63,984 bases of DNA, from assembly GCA_039208735.1 (NCBI GenBank), contig JBCCQY010000043.1, positions 1 through 63,984 on the forward strand. The letters are read 5' to 3'. The translations under genes were made by a program, and so were the position numbers. This DNA comes from Myxococcota bacterium. Lineage in GTDB: Bacteria; Myxococcota_A; UBA796; GCA-2862545. This document shows positions 19,755 through 30,321 of the stretch, piece by piece. A model generated the notes under the pieces. It made no database searches. It saw nothing but the letters and a program-made list of their open reading frames with translations, and was not told the origin of the DNA. Numbering within the stretch: position 1 is the stretch's first letter; each line of letters starts with the position of its first letter.

Positions 19755-20630
19755 GTGAACGGCTACCGCATCAAGACCGTGTCGACGTTGACGGGCGTTT
19801 CCCGAAACACGCTGCTTGCGTGGGAGCGTCGGTACGGCTTCGTGGTGCCCGAACGAACCGACAACGGCTACCGCATCTATTCGGACGCCGACGTTGCGAA
19901 GCTCCGAGAGGTCAAGGCGCTGGTCGACGCCGGCCACCCGGTCTCAGAGGCGATTGCGTTGCTCGAGGAGCATCGTCGACGCGGCACGCTGCCCCCCTCA
20001 ATGGGACCCGAGGAGCAGGACGAGCAGCGCGATGAACTACTGGCCTCCCTCCTCGCCTACGACCGTACGAAGGCCGATGTCGTGGTTGCGGGATTCGCAG
20101 GAGAGTCGTTTGCCGAGCTGCTCGAAAACATCTACTTCCCCATCCTGCGGGATCTCGGCGATGGCTGGGAGAGCGGACGCTACACGATTGCTCAAGAGCA
20201 CTTCGCATCCGCCTACATTCGGGAACGTCTGACGCGCATGCTCATCAACCTCGGATGCGGGCCTTCTGGAGGCCCCCGAGTGGTGATGGCCTGCTACCCG
20301 GACGATCCCCACGAACTGGGTCTGTTGGGCCTTTCCATCCGGTTCGCATTGGCGGGGTGGCGCTCGGTGTTCTTGGGAGCGCGAATGCCCGAAGCCGACC
20401 TCATCGACTTCCTCCAAGGGCATCCAGCACAGTTGCTCTGTGTTTCGGTGGTGCAGCAGGTGGAACGCAACGCCCTGCGAGGCTACGCGGAGCGCGTTCG
20501 TCACGCCCTTCCCGACGCGGTGGGGTTCGCGATTGGCGGGGCTGGGGTAAGCCCGCCCGTGCCGATCATTCCTGGCGTGAAGTTTGGCGTTAGCTTCGAG
20601 CAACTCATGGAGTCGTTGCCGCCCTCGTAG
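19755..20630 (+). CDS. carH: MerR-family cobalamin-binding photoregulator (CarH/LitR)
   Basis: AWERRYG and GYRIY MerR motifs, W-x9-EH, DxHxxG, SxV, GG B12-binding motifs. Confidence 0.9.
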   Translation: MNGYRIKTVSTLTGVSRNTLLAWERRYGFVVPERTDNGYRIYSDADVAKLREVKALVDAGHPVSEAIALLEEHRRRGTLPPSMGPEEQDEQRDELLASLLAYDRTKADVVVAGFAGESFAELLENIYFPILRDLGDGWESGRYTIAQEHFASAYIRERLTRMLINLGCGPSGGPRVVMACYPDDPHELGLLGLSIRFALAGWRSVFLGARMPEADLIDFLQGHPAQLLCVSVVQQVERNALRGYAERVRHALPDAVGFAIGGAGVSPPVPIIPGVKFGVSFEQLMESLPPS

Positions 20631-20643
20631 GCAGGAGTCGTGG

Positions 20644-21465
20644 ATGACGTTCGTGGCGGTCACCGTCCTGGCTTGCACCACGCAGAAGGCCCCTCCACCT
20701 GAAGACACGGCCGCTCCACCCGTCCCTCCCGACCTCACATGGCCTTCGCCTAACGTCGTTTTCAACCCGCCCGAAATCGTGGTTCCCGAGGACTTTGGGA
20801 CCCACAAGGTGTTTCTGTCGGCGGGACACGGCACGGGCACCAACGTGGGAAACATCGGCTGCCGGTGTCAGCTCGAACAAGACTTCACCCTGCGTGCGAC
20901 CCATCAGCTGGCCGACCAGCTCAAGTCGCTCGGTGTCTTCAAGGTCAGCGAGGCCCGCACGGGAGCCAAACGTCCTACCTACGGGGCTCGGCTTCGCAAG
21001 CTGCACCGGTCTAAGGCCGAAGTCATGGTCGAGCTGCACAGTGACTACCGAGGAAGTCCCTTTGTGATGGCCGGCGTACACGAGTCGGGGGAATGGTGCA
21101 TGAAGTCCAGTCGGGCCCCTGGCCTCGCGGTGTTGGTGAGCGACGAAGGCTCCGAAACCCTGGCCGCCGAACGAAGACGCCTCGCCCGAGCGGTGGCGCG
21201 AGCCCTCTGGGATGCAGGCTTTACCTATTTCGATGGCTACCAATACGGCGACAGCTACGATGGCGATGAAGAGGTTGGTGGCGTCTACCTCGACCGTCGT
21301 GGTCTGATGATGTTGCGTCGCCCTAAGGTGCCCTCGATCCTGATCGAAACCCACAATGCGGTCGATCCTAACGAGGTTTCGCGTTGGGACGAACCTGCCA
21401 CCCAAGACATGTTCTTTCGGGCGGTCACCAAGGGCCTTGTCAACTACTTCGCCGCGTCGAACTGA
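20644..21465 (+). CDS. N-acetylmuramoyl-L-alanine amidase (Amidase_3), probable lipoprotein
   Basis: LSAGHG, E, ELHSD, PSILIE zinc motifs; VLAC lipobox. Confidence 0.8.
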   Translation: MTFVAVTVLACTTQKAPPPEDTAAPPVPPDLTWPSPNVVFNPPEIVVPEDFGTHKVFLSAGHGTGTNVGNIGCRCQLEQDFTLRATHQLADQLKSLGVFKVSEARTGAKRPTYGARLRKLHRSKAEVMVELHSDYRGSPFVMAGVHESGEWCMKSSRAPGLAVLVSDEGSETLAAERRRLARAVARALWDAGFTYFDGYQYGDSYDGDEEVGGVYLDRRGLMMLRRPKVPSILIETHNAVDPNEVSRWDEPATQDMFFRAVTKGLVNYFAASN

Positions 21466-22943
21466 GCGCGCACCGCGGGCTTGCGATCCCGCCATGGTCG
21501 CAGTTGTTCGAGCTGGGCGGCAAGCTTGAGCAATGTGGCTTCATCGCCGAACCGGCCCACCAGCTGCACCCCGATTGGAATGCCCGCCTCGGTGGGATCG
21601 GCGGGAATCGAGATGGCGGGTTGCCCGGTTTGGTTGAAAAGCTGGGTATTCGGCGTGCGTTCAAGGTTCTCGTCAGCGATGCGGTACAACGTCCGTCGCA
21701 ACACCTGGGGCACCGGAGCACTGCGCAACACGCGAAGGCCGACACGCTGGCCAAACCCCATCGCCAGTTCGCCCACTCGCATCGGGGGGTACGCCACGGT
21801 GGGGGTCACCAGTACGTCGTAGACCTGATGGAACGCTGCGAAGGACCGTCCTGCGACCATGGCATGGTCGCGCGCCTGCTGAAGCTCGAGCCCCGACATG
21901 GCCCGCCCAATCTGGTAAAGCAGCCAGGTGCCTGGTTCGAAGTGCGCAGGGGTCGGAGTCCGACCGAGCTGCTTAGCCCAGCCCTCGATGTTGGCGGCCG
22001 TCCCCACCGCAATTTGGGTGACATACGACCGGGCCATCGACGACGCATCGAAGGACGGATGTGCCTCCTCGACCTCGTGTCCCTCGTCCGCCAGCGCCTG
22101 CACCGTCTTTTCGACCGCCGCTGCACACGCCGGATCCGTCGTTTTGCCAAACAGGGACCGCGTCGTGTAGGCGATTCGCAATTGGCCTGGGTCTCGGGTC
22201 ACTTCGTCGCGAAAGGGGCGAGGCACTGGGGGAGCCGCGTAGGGGTCACCCGCCATGGGTCCCGCGAGCACATCGAGAAAACCTGCCGTATCGCGTACCG
22301 TTCGGGTGAGAACGCCCCACTGGACGTAGCCGCCCCACCCCTCACCCTGATTGGGTCCCAAGGGCACGCGACCTCGCGTAGGCTTCAGCCCCACCAGGCC
22401 ACAGTGACTGGCCGGAATGCGCAACGATCCCCCCCCATCGCCGCCGTGGCCAACGGGTACCGCACGCGCGGCGACCAGCGCTGCGGAGCCTCCAGAGGAG
22501 CCTCCTGGCGTATGTTCGAGGGACCAGGGGTTTCGGGTCGCGCCTCGCCACTGCGGCTCGGTGGCTGCCAATAAGGCGAATTCTGGCAGGTTCGTGCGGG
22601 CGACGAAGCTGACCCCCGATGATCGGAATCGGCGCATGATCTCAGCGTCGCGCTCCGGAACGAACCCCTCCAAAAAGCGCGACGAAGCCGTGTAAGGCAC
22701 CCCCGCCAACGTCCCGTTGTAGTCCTTGAGGACCATGGGCACGCCGTGGAAAGGCCCCTTGGGTAAGCCCTCCCGCGCCGCCGCGGCCGCGACATCGTAC
22801 ATGCGGTACACCACGGCATTGAGCTTGGGATTCACTTGTTCGATGGCCCGAATCGCCAGCTCGGTCAGCTCGAGGGGCGACACATCACGACGATGGACGC
22901 GCGCCGCAAGTTCGGTGGCATCGACTTCGGGGTAGTCATTCAC
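21444..22943 (-). CDS. Amidase signature family enzyme
   Basis: GVP..LKD, PGGSSGGSAA, DGGGSLRIPAS.CGLVGLKP. Confidence 0.93.
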   Translation of the reverse strand: MNDYPEVDATELAARVHRRDVSPLELTELAIRAIEQVNPKLNAVVYRMYDVAAAAAREGLPKGPFHGVPMVLKDYNGTLAGVPYTASSRFLEGFVPERDAEIMRRFRSSGVSFVARTNLPEFALLAATEPQWRGATRNPWSLEHTPGGSSGGSAALVAARAVPVGHGGDGGGSLRIPASHCGLVGLKPTRGRVPLGPNQGEGWGGYVQWGVLTRTVRDTAGFLDVLAGPMAGDPYAAPPVPRPFRDEVTRDPGQLRIAYTTRSLFGKTTDPACAAAVEKTVQALADEGHEVEEAHPSFDASSMARSYVTQIAVGTAANIEGWAKQLGRTPTPAHFEPGTWLLYQIGRAMSGLELQQARDHAMVAGRSFAAFHQVYDVLVTPTVAYPPMRVGELAMGFGQRVGLRVLRSAPVPQVLRRTLYRIADENLERTPNTQLFNQTGQPAISIPADPTEAGIPIGVQLVGRFGDEATLLKLAAQLEQLRPWRDRKPAVRAQFDAAK

Positions 22944-24651
22944 GACACGTGCCTCTCTGGATACGCGGCTGTGAAGCGCGCTTCAGCTTGGCGGGGTCCA
23001 GGCAACCGTCCACCTTCGCCGCCGCTCCATCAAACACATCGCGCAACGACGGCCCTTCGTCGACAATGCGAGCCCCCTCGAAGGCCGGTCCAAGATGATC
23101 GCCCCCGGCAAACAGGAAATCGTTGGTCACCACACGGTAGGTCTTCTCGTCCTCGAGCGGCGCTCCCCCGATCTGGACCTCCTCACACAGCCGCTCCCGC
23201 TCCCAATCCGCAACGGCGCCATCCCCATCGAGATCGGACCCCTCGGTCTGCTGGGGATCGAAGCGGTAGCGAGCCCCTGCGACCTGCAACAGCCCGTGTT
23301 GGCCACTCGACCCAATGCGCAGCAGGGTGCGAACCTGAGCCCCCGTCATCTCGACGAGCAGCGTGCGATTTTCGAACGGCATCATGGCGTGGATATGCTC
23401 TCGGCGAACCTCCCCTTCCGGCAAGTTAGCCCGAAGGCCCCCTGCATTTTGGATGGCGAGATCCGCCCCGGGGAACGCCGCCAACATGGCATCGGTCGCC
23501 CAATTTCCGAGCGCAGATTCTCCCTTTCTCGCTCGTTTGATGGGCTGTTTCGCGCAGGTCACGGGCTCGCACAAGCTCCCCGACGCAGCCTCCAGTTCCT
23601 CGATGAGCGCGAGTGCGGATTTGCTCGGCATCAACGGCACCCCACCCACCACGAATTCGTAGTCAGGGAAGGGCTTGCCCGAACAGCCGGGGTCAGCCGG
23701 CAAGTGGGTGAGGGGCCACAACCACGGATGGCTCGCCTCGACGTCGACGCCTTCCGGCGTCACCACAAGATCGAGAACTCCCAACGCACGTCCTTTATCG
23801 CGTTGTTCGAGGAGGAACGTCTGTCCGACCCGATGCGAAAGCAGCGTGTGCGCATGGCCCAAGACCATGACGTCAAAGGTGCCTTCGGGCAATTCTGTCA
23901 GCAGACGGCCAATCTCACCATCTGGTGTACACGGCCGGCCCACATCAAAGGTTCCCGCTGGACTACACGCCCCCGTGAGGTGCCCGACCAAAACCGTCAC
24001 ATCGAGGTTCGAGGCCTCAAGTTCCGGCATCAAGTCCCGAACCGCCTTGACCGGGTCCTCAAACGTCAGATCGGCCACGTTTGCAGGCTTCGTCGTGGTC
24101 GGCGTTTCGGTGGTCGACAGACCCACCACCCCGATGCGCAGGCCGTTTCGCTCGAGCACCACGAAACGCTGCACGCCATCGGGCAGCCACGGTGCACCTC
24201 CCTGCCGGATGTTCGCCGCCAGGAAGGGGTAGTTGGCTTGGTCCGCGGCCGACAGGAACGCCCCACGCAACGAGTCCCCATCGGGATCACCGCCGTAGTC
24301 GAACTCATGGTTCCCGATGGCTGCCGCATCGAGCCCCAACAGATTCATGGCTTGAACCGATCCGCGTCCACGACTTTGGTTGACCGGCCAACTGCCCTGG
24401 AATTGGTCTCCGCCATCCAACACGATCAACTCGGCGTTCTGCTGTCGCAGCCACTCCACCGCCGATACGAGGAACGGAAGTCCTCCCTGCGCTTCGGGGG
24501 AGCGCACCCCGGGGGCCCGCTCGTACAGCGCACCGTGAAAGTCGTTCAACGCGACGATGCGCAACGTCGTCGGTGGCCGTTGCTGTTCCACCGATCCTTG
24601 CGGCGCTTTCGAGCACGCCACCCACGCCAACACCAAAGGGAGCCATTTCAT
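22936..24651 (-). CDS. Bifunctional metallophosphoesterase/5'-nucleotidase, lipoprotein
   Basis: NDFHG, DGGD, GNHEFD, GHAH, NAGGLR, PFEN, GGD; VAC lipobox. Confidence 0.92.
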   Translation of the reverse strand: MKWLPLVLAWVACSKAPQGSVEQQRPPTTLRIVALNDFHGALYERAPGVRSPEAQGGLPFLVSAVEWLRQQNAELIVLDGGDQFQGSWPVNQSRGRGSVQAMNLLGLDAAAIGNHEFDYGGDPDGDSLRGAFLSAADQANYPFLAANIRQGGAPWLPDGVQRFVVLERNGLRIGVVGLSTTETPTTTKPANVADLTFEDPVKAVRDLMPELEASNLDVTVLVGHLTGACSPAGTFDVGRPCTPDGEIGRLLTELPEGTFDVMVLGHAHTLLSHRVGQTFLLEQRDKGRALGVLDLVVTPEGVDVEASHPWLWPLTHLPADPGCSGKPFPDYEFVVGGVPLMPSKSALALIEELEAASGSLCEPVTCAKQPIKRARKGESALGNWATDAMLAAFPGADLAIQNAGGLRANLPEGEVRREHIHAMMPFENRTLLVEMTGAQVRTLLRIGSSGQHGLLQVAGARYRFDPQQTEGSDLDGDGAVADWERERLCEEVQIGGAPLEDEKTYRVVTNDFLFAGGDHLGPAFEGARIVDEGPSLRDVFDGAAAKVDGCLDPAKLKRASQPRIQRGTCRE

Positions 24652-24710
24652 GGCGGGCGGATAACACTGTCAAGGAAGCGGGTACGCCTCACAGGGTTCT
24701 CTCCGGGGGC

Positions 24711-25286
24711 CTAGCGTAACAGCTCTGGAAGCTGACGAAAGGCGCGGCCCCGATGGCTAATGGCGTTCTTTTCATCCATCGTAAGCTCCGCCATGGTGCG
24801 ACCTGGGGTTTCGGTTGGCCAGAACAGCGGATCGTAGCCAAAACCTCCGTCTCCGCGAAGTTCGAGTCCGATGGACCCTTCCACGACCCCTTCCGCGGTG
24901 CGCTCGCCGTCCGGTCCGACCACCGCGATGACGCAACGAAACCGCGCCCACCGCGCTTCGATGCCCGCGAGGCGTTTGAGCAGGAGTTGATTGTTGTCGT
25001 CTGGACGCTGCGACGGTGAAAAGCGCTTGCTGTGCACGCCGGGGGCTCCGTCGAGCGCGTCAACTTCGAGGCCCGAGTCGTCGGCGACACAGGGGCGCCC
25101 CGTCCGCTCAAAGACATAGCGAGCCTTCTGCAGCGCGTTTCCCACGAACGTGGCTTGGGTCTCGGGTGGGTCGTCGGTGAACCCAAGTTCGGTCAACGTT
25201 TCGAGAACAAGCCCCTTACCCTCGAGCAAGGCGCGTACCTCCTCGACCTTGTGGGCATTGTGGGTGGCGAACACGAGGTTGGACAT
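24711..25286 (-). CDS. rdgB: Non-canonical purine NTP pyrophosphatase
   Basis: ATHNAHK, ADDSGL, PGVHSKR, GFGYDP, KNAISHR. Start set at ATG 25286. Confidence 0.95.
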   Translation of the reverse strand: MSNLVFATHNAHKVEEVRALLEGKGLVLETLTELGFTDDPPETQATFVGNALQKARYVFERTGRPCVADDSGLEVDALDGAPGVHSKRFSPSQRPDDNNQLLLKRLAGIEARWARFRCVIAVVGPDGERTAEGVVEGSIGLELRGDGGFGYDPLFWPTETPGRTMAELTMDEKNAISHRGRAFRQLPELLR

Positions 25287-25341
25287 GAGAAGGTCTCCAA
25301 ACGACGCCGCGTCAACTCGTATTTTCGCAGGAGGTCCCTCT

Positions 25342-28179
25342 TTGTCCACCCTCTCCATGCTTCTCCTCGTCGCCTGTTCGACCAAGAGCCCGGCGCCGAG
25401 CTACATCGACGCCGAATTGGCGGACAAGCCCTTGCCGGTTGATCCAGGCGTCCGCCAAGGCCAACTCGACAATGGATTACGCTGGTACATCGAGACGAAT
25501 GGGCGACCTGCGGATCGCGCCGAACTCCGGCTTGTCGTCAACGCGGGTTCGGTCCTTGAAGACGACGATCAACTTGGACTGGCCCATTTCGTCGAGCATA
25601 TGGCGTTTAACGGCACGCAGAACTTCCCTGCCAACACGTTGGTCGAGTACCTGGAATCGACAGGCACCCGGTTTGGAGCCCACCTCAACGCCTACACCTC
25701 GTTCGACCGTACCGTTTACCAGCTGCGCGTGCCCACAGACGACGCCGAACTCTTCGACAAGGGCTTTTTGGTCTTGGCCGATTGGGCCGCCGGCATCTCG
25801 TTCGACGACGAGGAAATCGAAAAAGAGCGGGGGGTGGCCCTCGAAGAGCTGCGGCGCCGACTCGGACCCGGCCAACGCATCAGCGAGGCGCTACGGCCTT
25901 TGACGCTGGGGGGGTCCCGCTATGAGAACCGCATTCCCATTGGAACCGAGGAAAGCCTCAAGACGTTTGCCCCTGATGCGGCTCGACGCTTTTACGCCGA
26001 CTGGTACCGCCCCGATCTCATGGCGGTCATTGCGGTGGGAGACTTCGATCCGGACGCGGTTCAAGCCATCATCGAAAAGACGTTTGAGCCCCTCGAAAAC
26101 CCGGCATCGCCAAGGCCTCGTGACTACGACCGCATTCCTGGTCACAAAGAGACGCGCTACGCGCTGCTTGAAGACCCCGAGTTGCCCGGCAATGGTCTGC
26201 AGATTCGGGTGCAAAAGGACATGCCGCAGGACACGACCTACGGGGAGTACCGGTCCGGTTTTGTGGGTCGCATCGCCCACAGCGTGTTCAACGAGCGCCT
26301 CGCCGACATCGTTCGTGCATCGGACGCCCCCTTCATCAATGGCATGAGCGGGGAATCGCGCTTCAACAAGGCAGAGGGAGCCCAGTTCCTGCGCGCGTTG
26401 GCCAAGGAAGGCCAAGCGCTTGAGACGTACCAGCTCCTCATGACCGAGCTGAAGCGCCTTCGGGTCCATGGCATTCGCGAAAGCGAACTTACACGTTCCA
26501 AAAAGCGCATTCTCGAAGGCTATGACTCCATGGAGAAAGAAAAGTCCAAAACGGAGTCGCGCAGTCACGCCCAAGAACTCGTTCGCGTCTTCGCGGAGGG
26601 CGAGAGCATGCCCGGTGTCGATGCCGAAGTGGCGATGGCACGGATGTTTGTCCCTGAATTCACCAAGTCCGAAATCGACGCCTATTTGGCCAGCGAGGCC
26701 TTTTTTGGGCCAGCCGACCGACTGGTGAACATCAATCAGCCCGCCAAGGAGGGTCTCAGCCTGCCGACGGTCGAGGAACTGCAGGCGGTCGACGCCGAAA
26801 TCGCGGCGGCAACCATCGACGCGCTGCCCGAGGAATCGGACGTCGGCCCCCTACTGACTCAAGCCCCGACCAAGGGCGCGATCGTTGAAACGTCCACCGA
26901 GCACGAAGCCACGCTCGGCTTCAAGGTCTACACATTGTCCAACGGGGTGACCGTCTGGGCCAGGAAGACGACCTTCAAGGACGACGAAGTCCGTTTTTCA
27001 GGCTTCTCACTGGGCGGCCACTCCTGGTTGGATGATGACGCCTACGTCAACGCGGCCTTCGCCAACTCGGTGGCCTACCGTTCCGGTCTTGGGGCGCATG
27101 ATGCATCGACCCTCACGAAATGGAAGGCTGGTCGTCCGTTTCGCGCAAACATCGGACTGGGCGAGTTCTCGGAGTCGGTGAGCGGCGGAAGCACCACCGA
27201 AGACCTGGAAGCTGCCCTGCAGGAACTCTATGCGCGATTTGTGGCCCCTCAGCTTACCGTGCAGGGCCTTGAGCAGGCCATCACCACGCAGCGCGAAGTC
27301 CTGCTGAATCGCGATGTCGATCCCGACGCCGCGTTCGGCGATGCGTACGCGAAGCTCGTGTGGCCCGACGACGCCCGCCGGCAACCCTGGACCATCGAAC
27401 ACCTCGACCTTCTGGATCTGGCTAAGGTCAAAGCCCAGTACGAAGCCCACTACGGGCACGCTACCGATTTCACCTTCGTGTTCGTGGGCAATCTCCCCGA
27501 CAACTTCGAGACACTCGTCGAGACCTACCTGGCGAGCCTGCCCACGAAGGACACCGACCCCGAGTGGAAGGATCGGGGCACCCGACCGAAGACCGGCGAC
27601 CTGTCGGTCACGGTGCGAAAAGGCCAGAACGACAAGGCCCGTGTGCGCCTGACCTACTTCACGCCGTTGAAGTCGATCGATTGGACGTTGCGCAACCACT
27701 ACTACAGCATGACCGACATCTTGGCCGTGCACCTGCGCCGGGAGCTGCGAGAGGAACGCGGGGGCGTGTATGGCGTCTCGGTCCGGGCCGGTGCCATCGA
27801 ACGCCCCACCCCCCGAGCCGCCACCACCATCCGGTTCACCTGCGACCCCGCTCGCGTCGATGAACTCATCACCGCCACCGAGGCCGCCATCGCCTCGCTG
27901 AAGCGCGCTGGACCGGATCCCCAGGATGTGCTCGATGAACAGGCCAAGAACCGCCGGAGCCGCGAGACCGCGTTGGAGACCAACGGGTTTTGGATGTCGT
28001 CGATCCTCGGTTCGCTACGCCGTGGCGACAACCCCGAAGCCATCCTCGACTGGGACAGCCGCAACGATGCACTGTCCGTCGCCACGGTGAAGGCCGTGGC
28101 AAAGCAGATGTTCGGCAAGAACCAGGCAAAGGTCGTCCTGCTGCCGGAAGACGCCGAAACCGCGAGCGCACCGAGGTAA
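25342..28179 (+). CDS. M16 family zinc protease (PqqL-like), lipoprotein
   Basis: GLAHFVEHMAFNG (HxxEH), NAYTSFD, WYRPD, LREERGGVY; TTG start after GGAGG; LVAC lipobox. Confidence 0.92.
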   Translation: MSTLSMLLLVACSTKSPAPSYIDAELADKPLPVDPGVRQGQLDNGLRWYIETNGRPADRAELRLVVNAGSVLEDDDQLGLAHFVEHMAFNGTQNFPANTLVEYLESTGTRFGAHLNAYTSFDRTVYQLRVPTDDAELFDKGFLVLADWAAGISFDDEEIEKERGVALEELRRRLGPGQRISEALRPLTLGGSRYENRIPIGTEESLKTFAPDAARRFYADWYRPDLMAVIAVGDFDPDAVQAIIEKTFEPLENPASPRPRDYDRIPGHKETRYALLEDPELPGNGLQIRVQKDMPQDTTYGEYRSGFVGRIAHSVFNERLADIVRASDAPFINGMSGESRFNKAEGAQFLRALAKEGQALETYQLLMTELKRLRVHGIRESELTRSKKRILEGYDSMEKEKSKTESRSHAQELVRVFAEGESMPGVDAEVAMARMFVPEFTKSEIDAYLASEAFFGPADRLVNINQPAKEGLSLPTVEELQAVDAEIAAATIDALPEESDVGPLLTQAPTKGAIVETSTEHEATLGFKVYTLSNGVTVWARKTTFKDDEVRFSGFSLGGHSWLDDDAYVNAAFANSVAYRSGLGAHDASTLTKWKAGRPFRANIGLGEFSESVSGGSTTEDLEAALQELYARFVAPQLTVQGLEQAITTQREVLLNRDVDPDAAFGDAYAKLVWPDDARRQPWTIEHLDLLDLAKVKAQYEAHYGHATDFTFVFVGNLPDNFETLVETYLASLPTKDTDPEWKDRGTRPKTGDLSVTVRKGQNDKARVRLTYFTPLKSIDWTLRNHYYSMTDILAVHLRRELREERGGVYGVSVRAGAIERPTPRAATTIRFTCDPARVDELITATEAAIASLKRAGPDPQDVLDEQAKNRRSRETALETNGFWMSSILGSLRRGDNPEAILDWDSRNDALSVATVKAVAKQMFGKNQAKVVLLPEDAETASAPR

Positions 28180-28180
28180 A

Positions 28181-28969
28181 TCAGGGCGCGAACTGGTCGA
28201 GGGTGCTGGCCAAGGCCTGGCCCACCCCTTCCGCCGCTCCGGCGAAGGCCGCGTCGCATTCGCCATCGAGGCGGCCTGCCTGCAGGGCTTCGCACGAAGG
28301 CGGCGTGTCCTGCCACACGACCAGGCAGGCCCTCGCCAACTCTCGAGCCGGGTTGGGCTCGCTTGCATCCTCGTCGACCCCGTAGAGGTCGTCGGCGACA
28401 CAAGATGCACCAAAGACCGATTCCAGGGCTGCGGCACAGGCCAGCGCGGGCTCCCCCAAGGCCATGATCACGTCAGCCGGGATCTTGCCGCGCCACAGGG
28501 ACGCCACGCAGGCTGCGGTCTCGGCACACAGCTGGTCCTGCAGTCGCTGGCACAACGAGGCCGAGGATTCGGAGGTAGCGAATTGCGCGGCCTCAAAAAC
28601 CGCCCCCGCATCACGTCCCGCGCCAACACACTGCGCGGGCGGCGTGCCGGTCTGGATTTCGGTTTCGGTCCCCGTGAAGGGTCCGCATTCGAGATCGCGA
28701 GTACGGTCGTCGATCGCGTCGAGGCACGGTCCGATGTCGGCGACCGCGTCAAACCCCAGCGCTGCGTTTTCCGCCGCTTCACAAGTTGAATCCACCGCAT
28801 TGGCCGCCGCAAGGCAGTCGCTGCGCAACCCACTGGCATCGATCGAGCGTTCTTCGGCGTGGCAAGCGACCGCCCATGCACACATCGCATCACAGGTGCT
28901 GCGTGAGCCCGTCACGAACTCACACCCCATGGTCGAGAGCAAACCCGCCATAAGAGCGATCCTCGTCAT
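28181..28969 (-). CDS. Hypothetical Cys-rich lipoprotein with two internal 8-Cys repeats
   Basis: MGC lipobox-like site, 16 further Cys in two similar halves, GGAGG RBS. Confidence 0.75.
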   Translation of the reverse strand: MTRIALMAGLLSTMGCEFVTGSRSTCDAMCAWAVACHAEERSIDASGLRSDCLAAANAVDSTCEAAENAALGFDAVADIGPCLDAIDDRTRDLECGPFTGTETEIQTGTPPAQCVGAGRDAGAVFEAAQFATSESSASLCQRLQDQLCAETAACVASLWRGKIPADVIMALGEPALACAAALESVFGASCVADDLYGVDEDASEPNPARELARACLVVWQDTPPSCEALQAGRLDGECDAAFAGAAEGVGQALASTLDQFAP

Positions 28970-28983
28970 GCGTCCTCCACCGT

Positions 28984-30321
28984 CTACAGCAGCCGTCGCG
29001 CCTTGATCTCGAGGTAGCGATGCAACAGCTGCGGCGTCAGTTCCTCTTGACGCACGTCGAGGACGAAAGCGCCCCGCTTCTTCAAACCTTCGAGGGAACG
29101 GTCCCGCCAGCCTTGCAGATGGGCGGCCGCACCGCGGATGTAGGGATCGAAGGGCTCGGTGGTCGGCTTGAGCAGCTTGTCTTCAAGATCCTCGTCGCGA
29201 AGCCACACCGCAATGGGCAGATGGCGGCCCGAAAGCGTCTGGACGAGCTGATTGGCGAGTTCCGCATTCACATCGTCGATGATCTGCGTGAACAACACCA
29301 CGAGGCTTCGGCGACGGACCGTGCGGGTGAGCTGGCGGAAGGCAGCGGCATAATCGGGCTCTCGCAACGACGGAAACAGGTCGTAGGTCGCGCGGATGAG
29401 CCGTGAGGCATCCCGAGAGCCCGCCCGTGGCGGCACCCACACCCGAGGCTGGTCATCGAACGCCAGCAAGCCCACCCGGTCGCCACGGCGAGAAGCGACC
29501 TGACCCAACAGGATCGCAGCGTTGAGCGCCCGATCGAACAGGGTCAGCCCCCCCGAATGGCTGCTCATCATTCGGCCACAGTCGATGAGAAAAATCAGGT
29601 TCTGGTTCGATTCTTGCCCAAACTCACGCGTGATCAGGTCTCGCCCTCGAGCCGACGCCTTCCAATCGATGTGGCGGAATGGATCCCCCGAAACATAAGG
29701 GCGAAGACGCTGAAATTCGTTTTCGCCTCCCGGGCGTCGCCGGGAATGCACGGGGACCCGCTCCTCGGAAAGCCTTCCCCGAAACCCAGTTTCACGAAGC
29801 TGGGCAAAATCCGGGTAGACCCGAATGTGGTCCTCGCCCTGGTAGCGCTGCTGACGGAGCCACAACCCGAGTGGGGAGCGCACCCGCACTACGACATCCC
29901 CGAAGTCGTGTCGGCCCCGCCGATCCACGGCCGCGCGATAGGTCATCTCTCGCCCCCGCCGCGCCGGCAAGGCCAATGCAGCAGGAAGGCCCGTGGTGCC
30001 GCCCGGAGCCTCGTCGGTGATGGTCACGGAGAGCGGTCGTCTCGACTGACTCGTCAACTGTAGTTCGACGCTGAATTCTCGCCCCACCGCCTGCACGGCT
30101 TCGACCTTGCGCGTCACGTCGATCCGACCCGTCGCCAACGCCCAATCCAGGGTCGCCACAATGAGCAACGCCACGTCGAGACCCACCACCGGAACCACGA
30201 AGGCTGGGTCGATAAGCAAGCCGAGCGAAGCGGCCAGCGGCAGCACGGACAGCCCGACCAACGACCCCGTCGGAATCCCGAAGAGCCGTTGGGCCAAGGA
30301 CCGGGGACGAGGCTTCATCAC
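28984..30321 (-). CDS. DUF58 domain protein (VWA-like)
   Basis: EF..LR.Y..GD..R.IDWKASAR, IDCGR.M, RRSLVVLFT. Confidence 0.92.
   Translation of the reverse strand: MMKPRPRSLAQRLFGIPTGSLVGLSVLPLAASLGLLIDPAFVVPVVGLDVALLIVATLDWALATGRIDVTRKVEAVQAVGREFSVELQLTSQSRRPLSVTITDEAPGGTTGLPAALALPARRGREMTYRAAVDRRGRHDFGDVVVRVRSPLGLWLRQQRYQGEDHIRVYPDFAQLRETGFRGRLSEERVPVHSRRRPGGENEFQRLRPYVSGDPFRHIDWKASARGRDLITREFGQESNQNLIFLIDCGRMMSSHSGGLTLFDRALNAAILLGQVASRRGDRVGLLAFDDQPRVWVPPRAGSRDASRLIRATYDLFPSLREPDYAAAFRQLTRTVRRRSLVVLFTQIIDDVNAELANQLVQTLSGRHLPIAVWLRDEDLEDKLLKPTTEPFDPYIRGAAAHLQGWRDRSLEGLKKRGAFVLDVRQEELTPQLLHRYLEIKARRLL

Noticed and set aside
7799..24714. Long antisense ORFs such as 7799..9436, 12077..13753 and 23095..24714
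   Set aside because: They lie opposite well-supported genes and have no motifs; expected in high-GC DNA.
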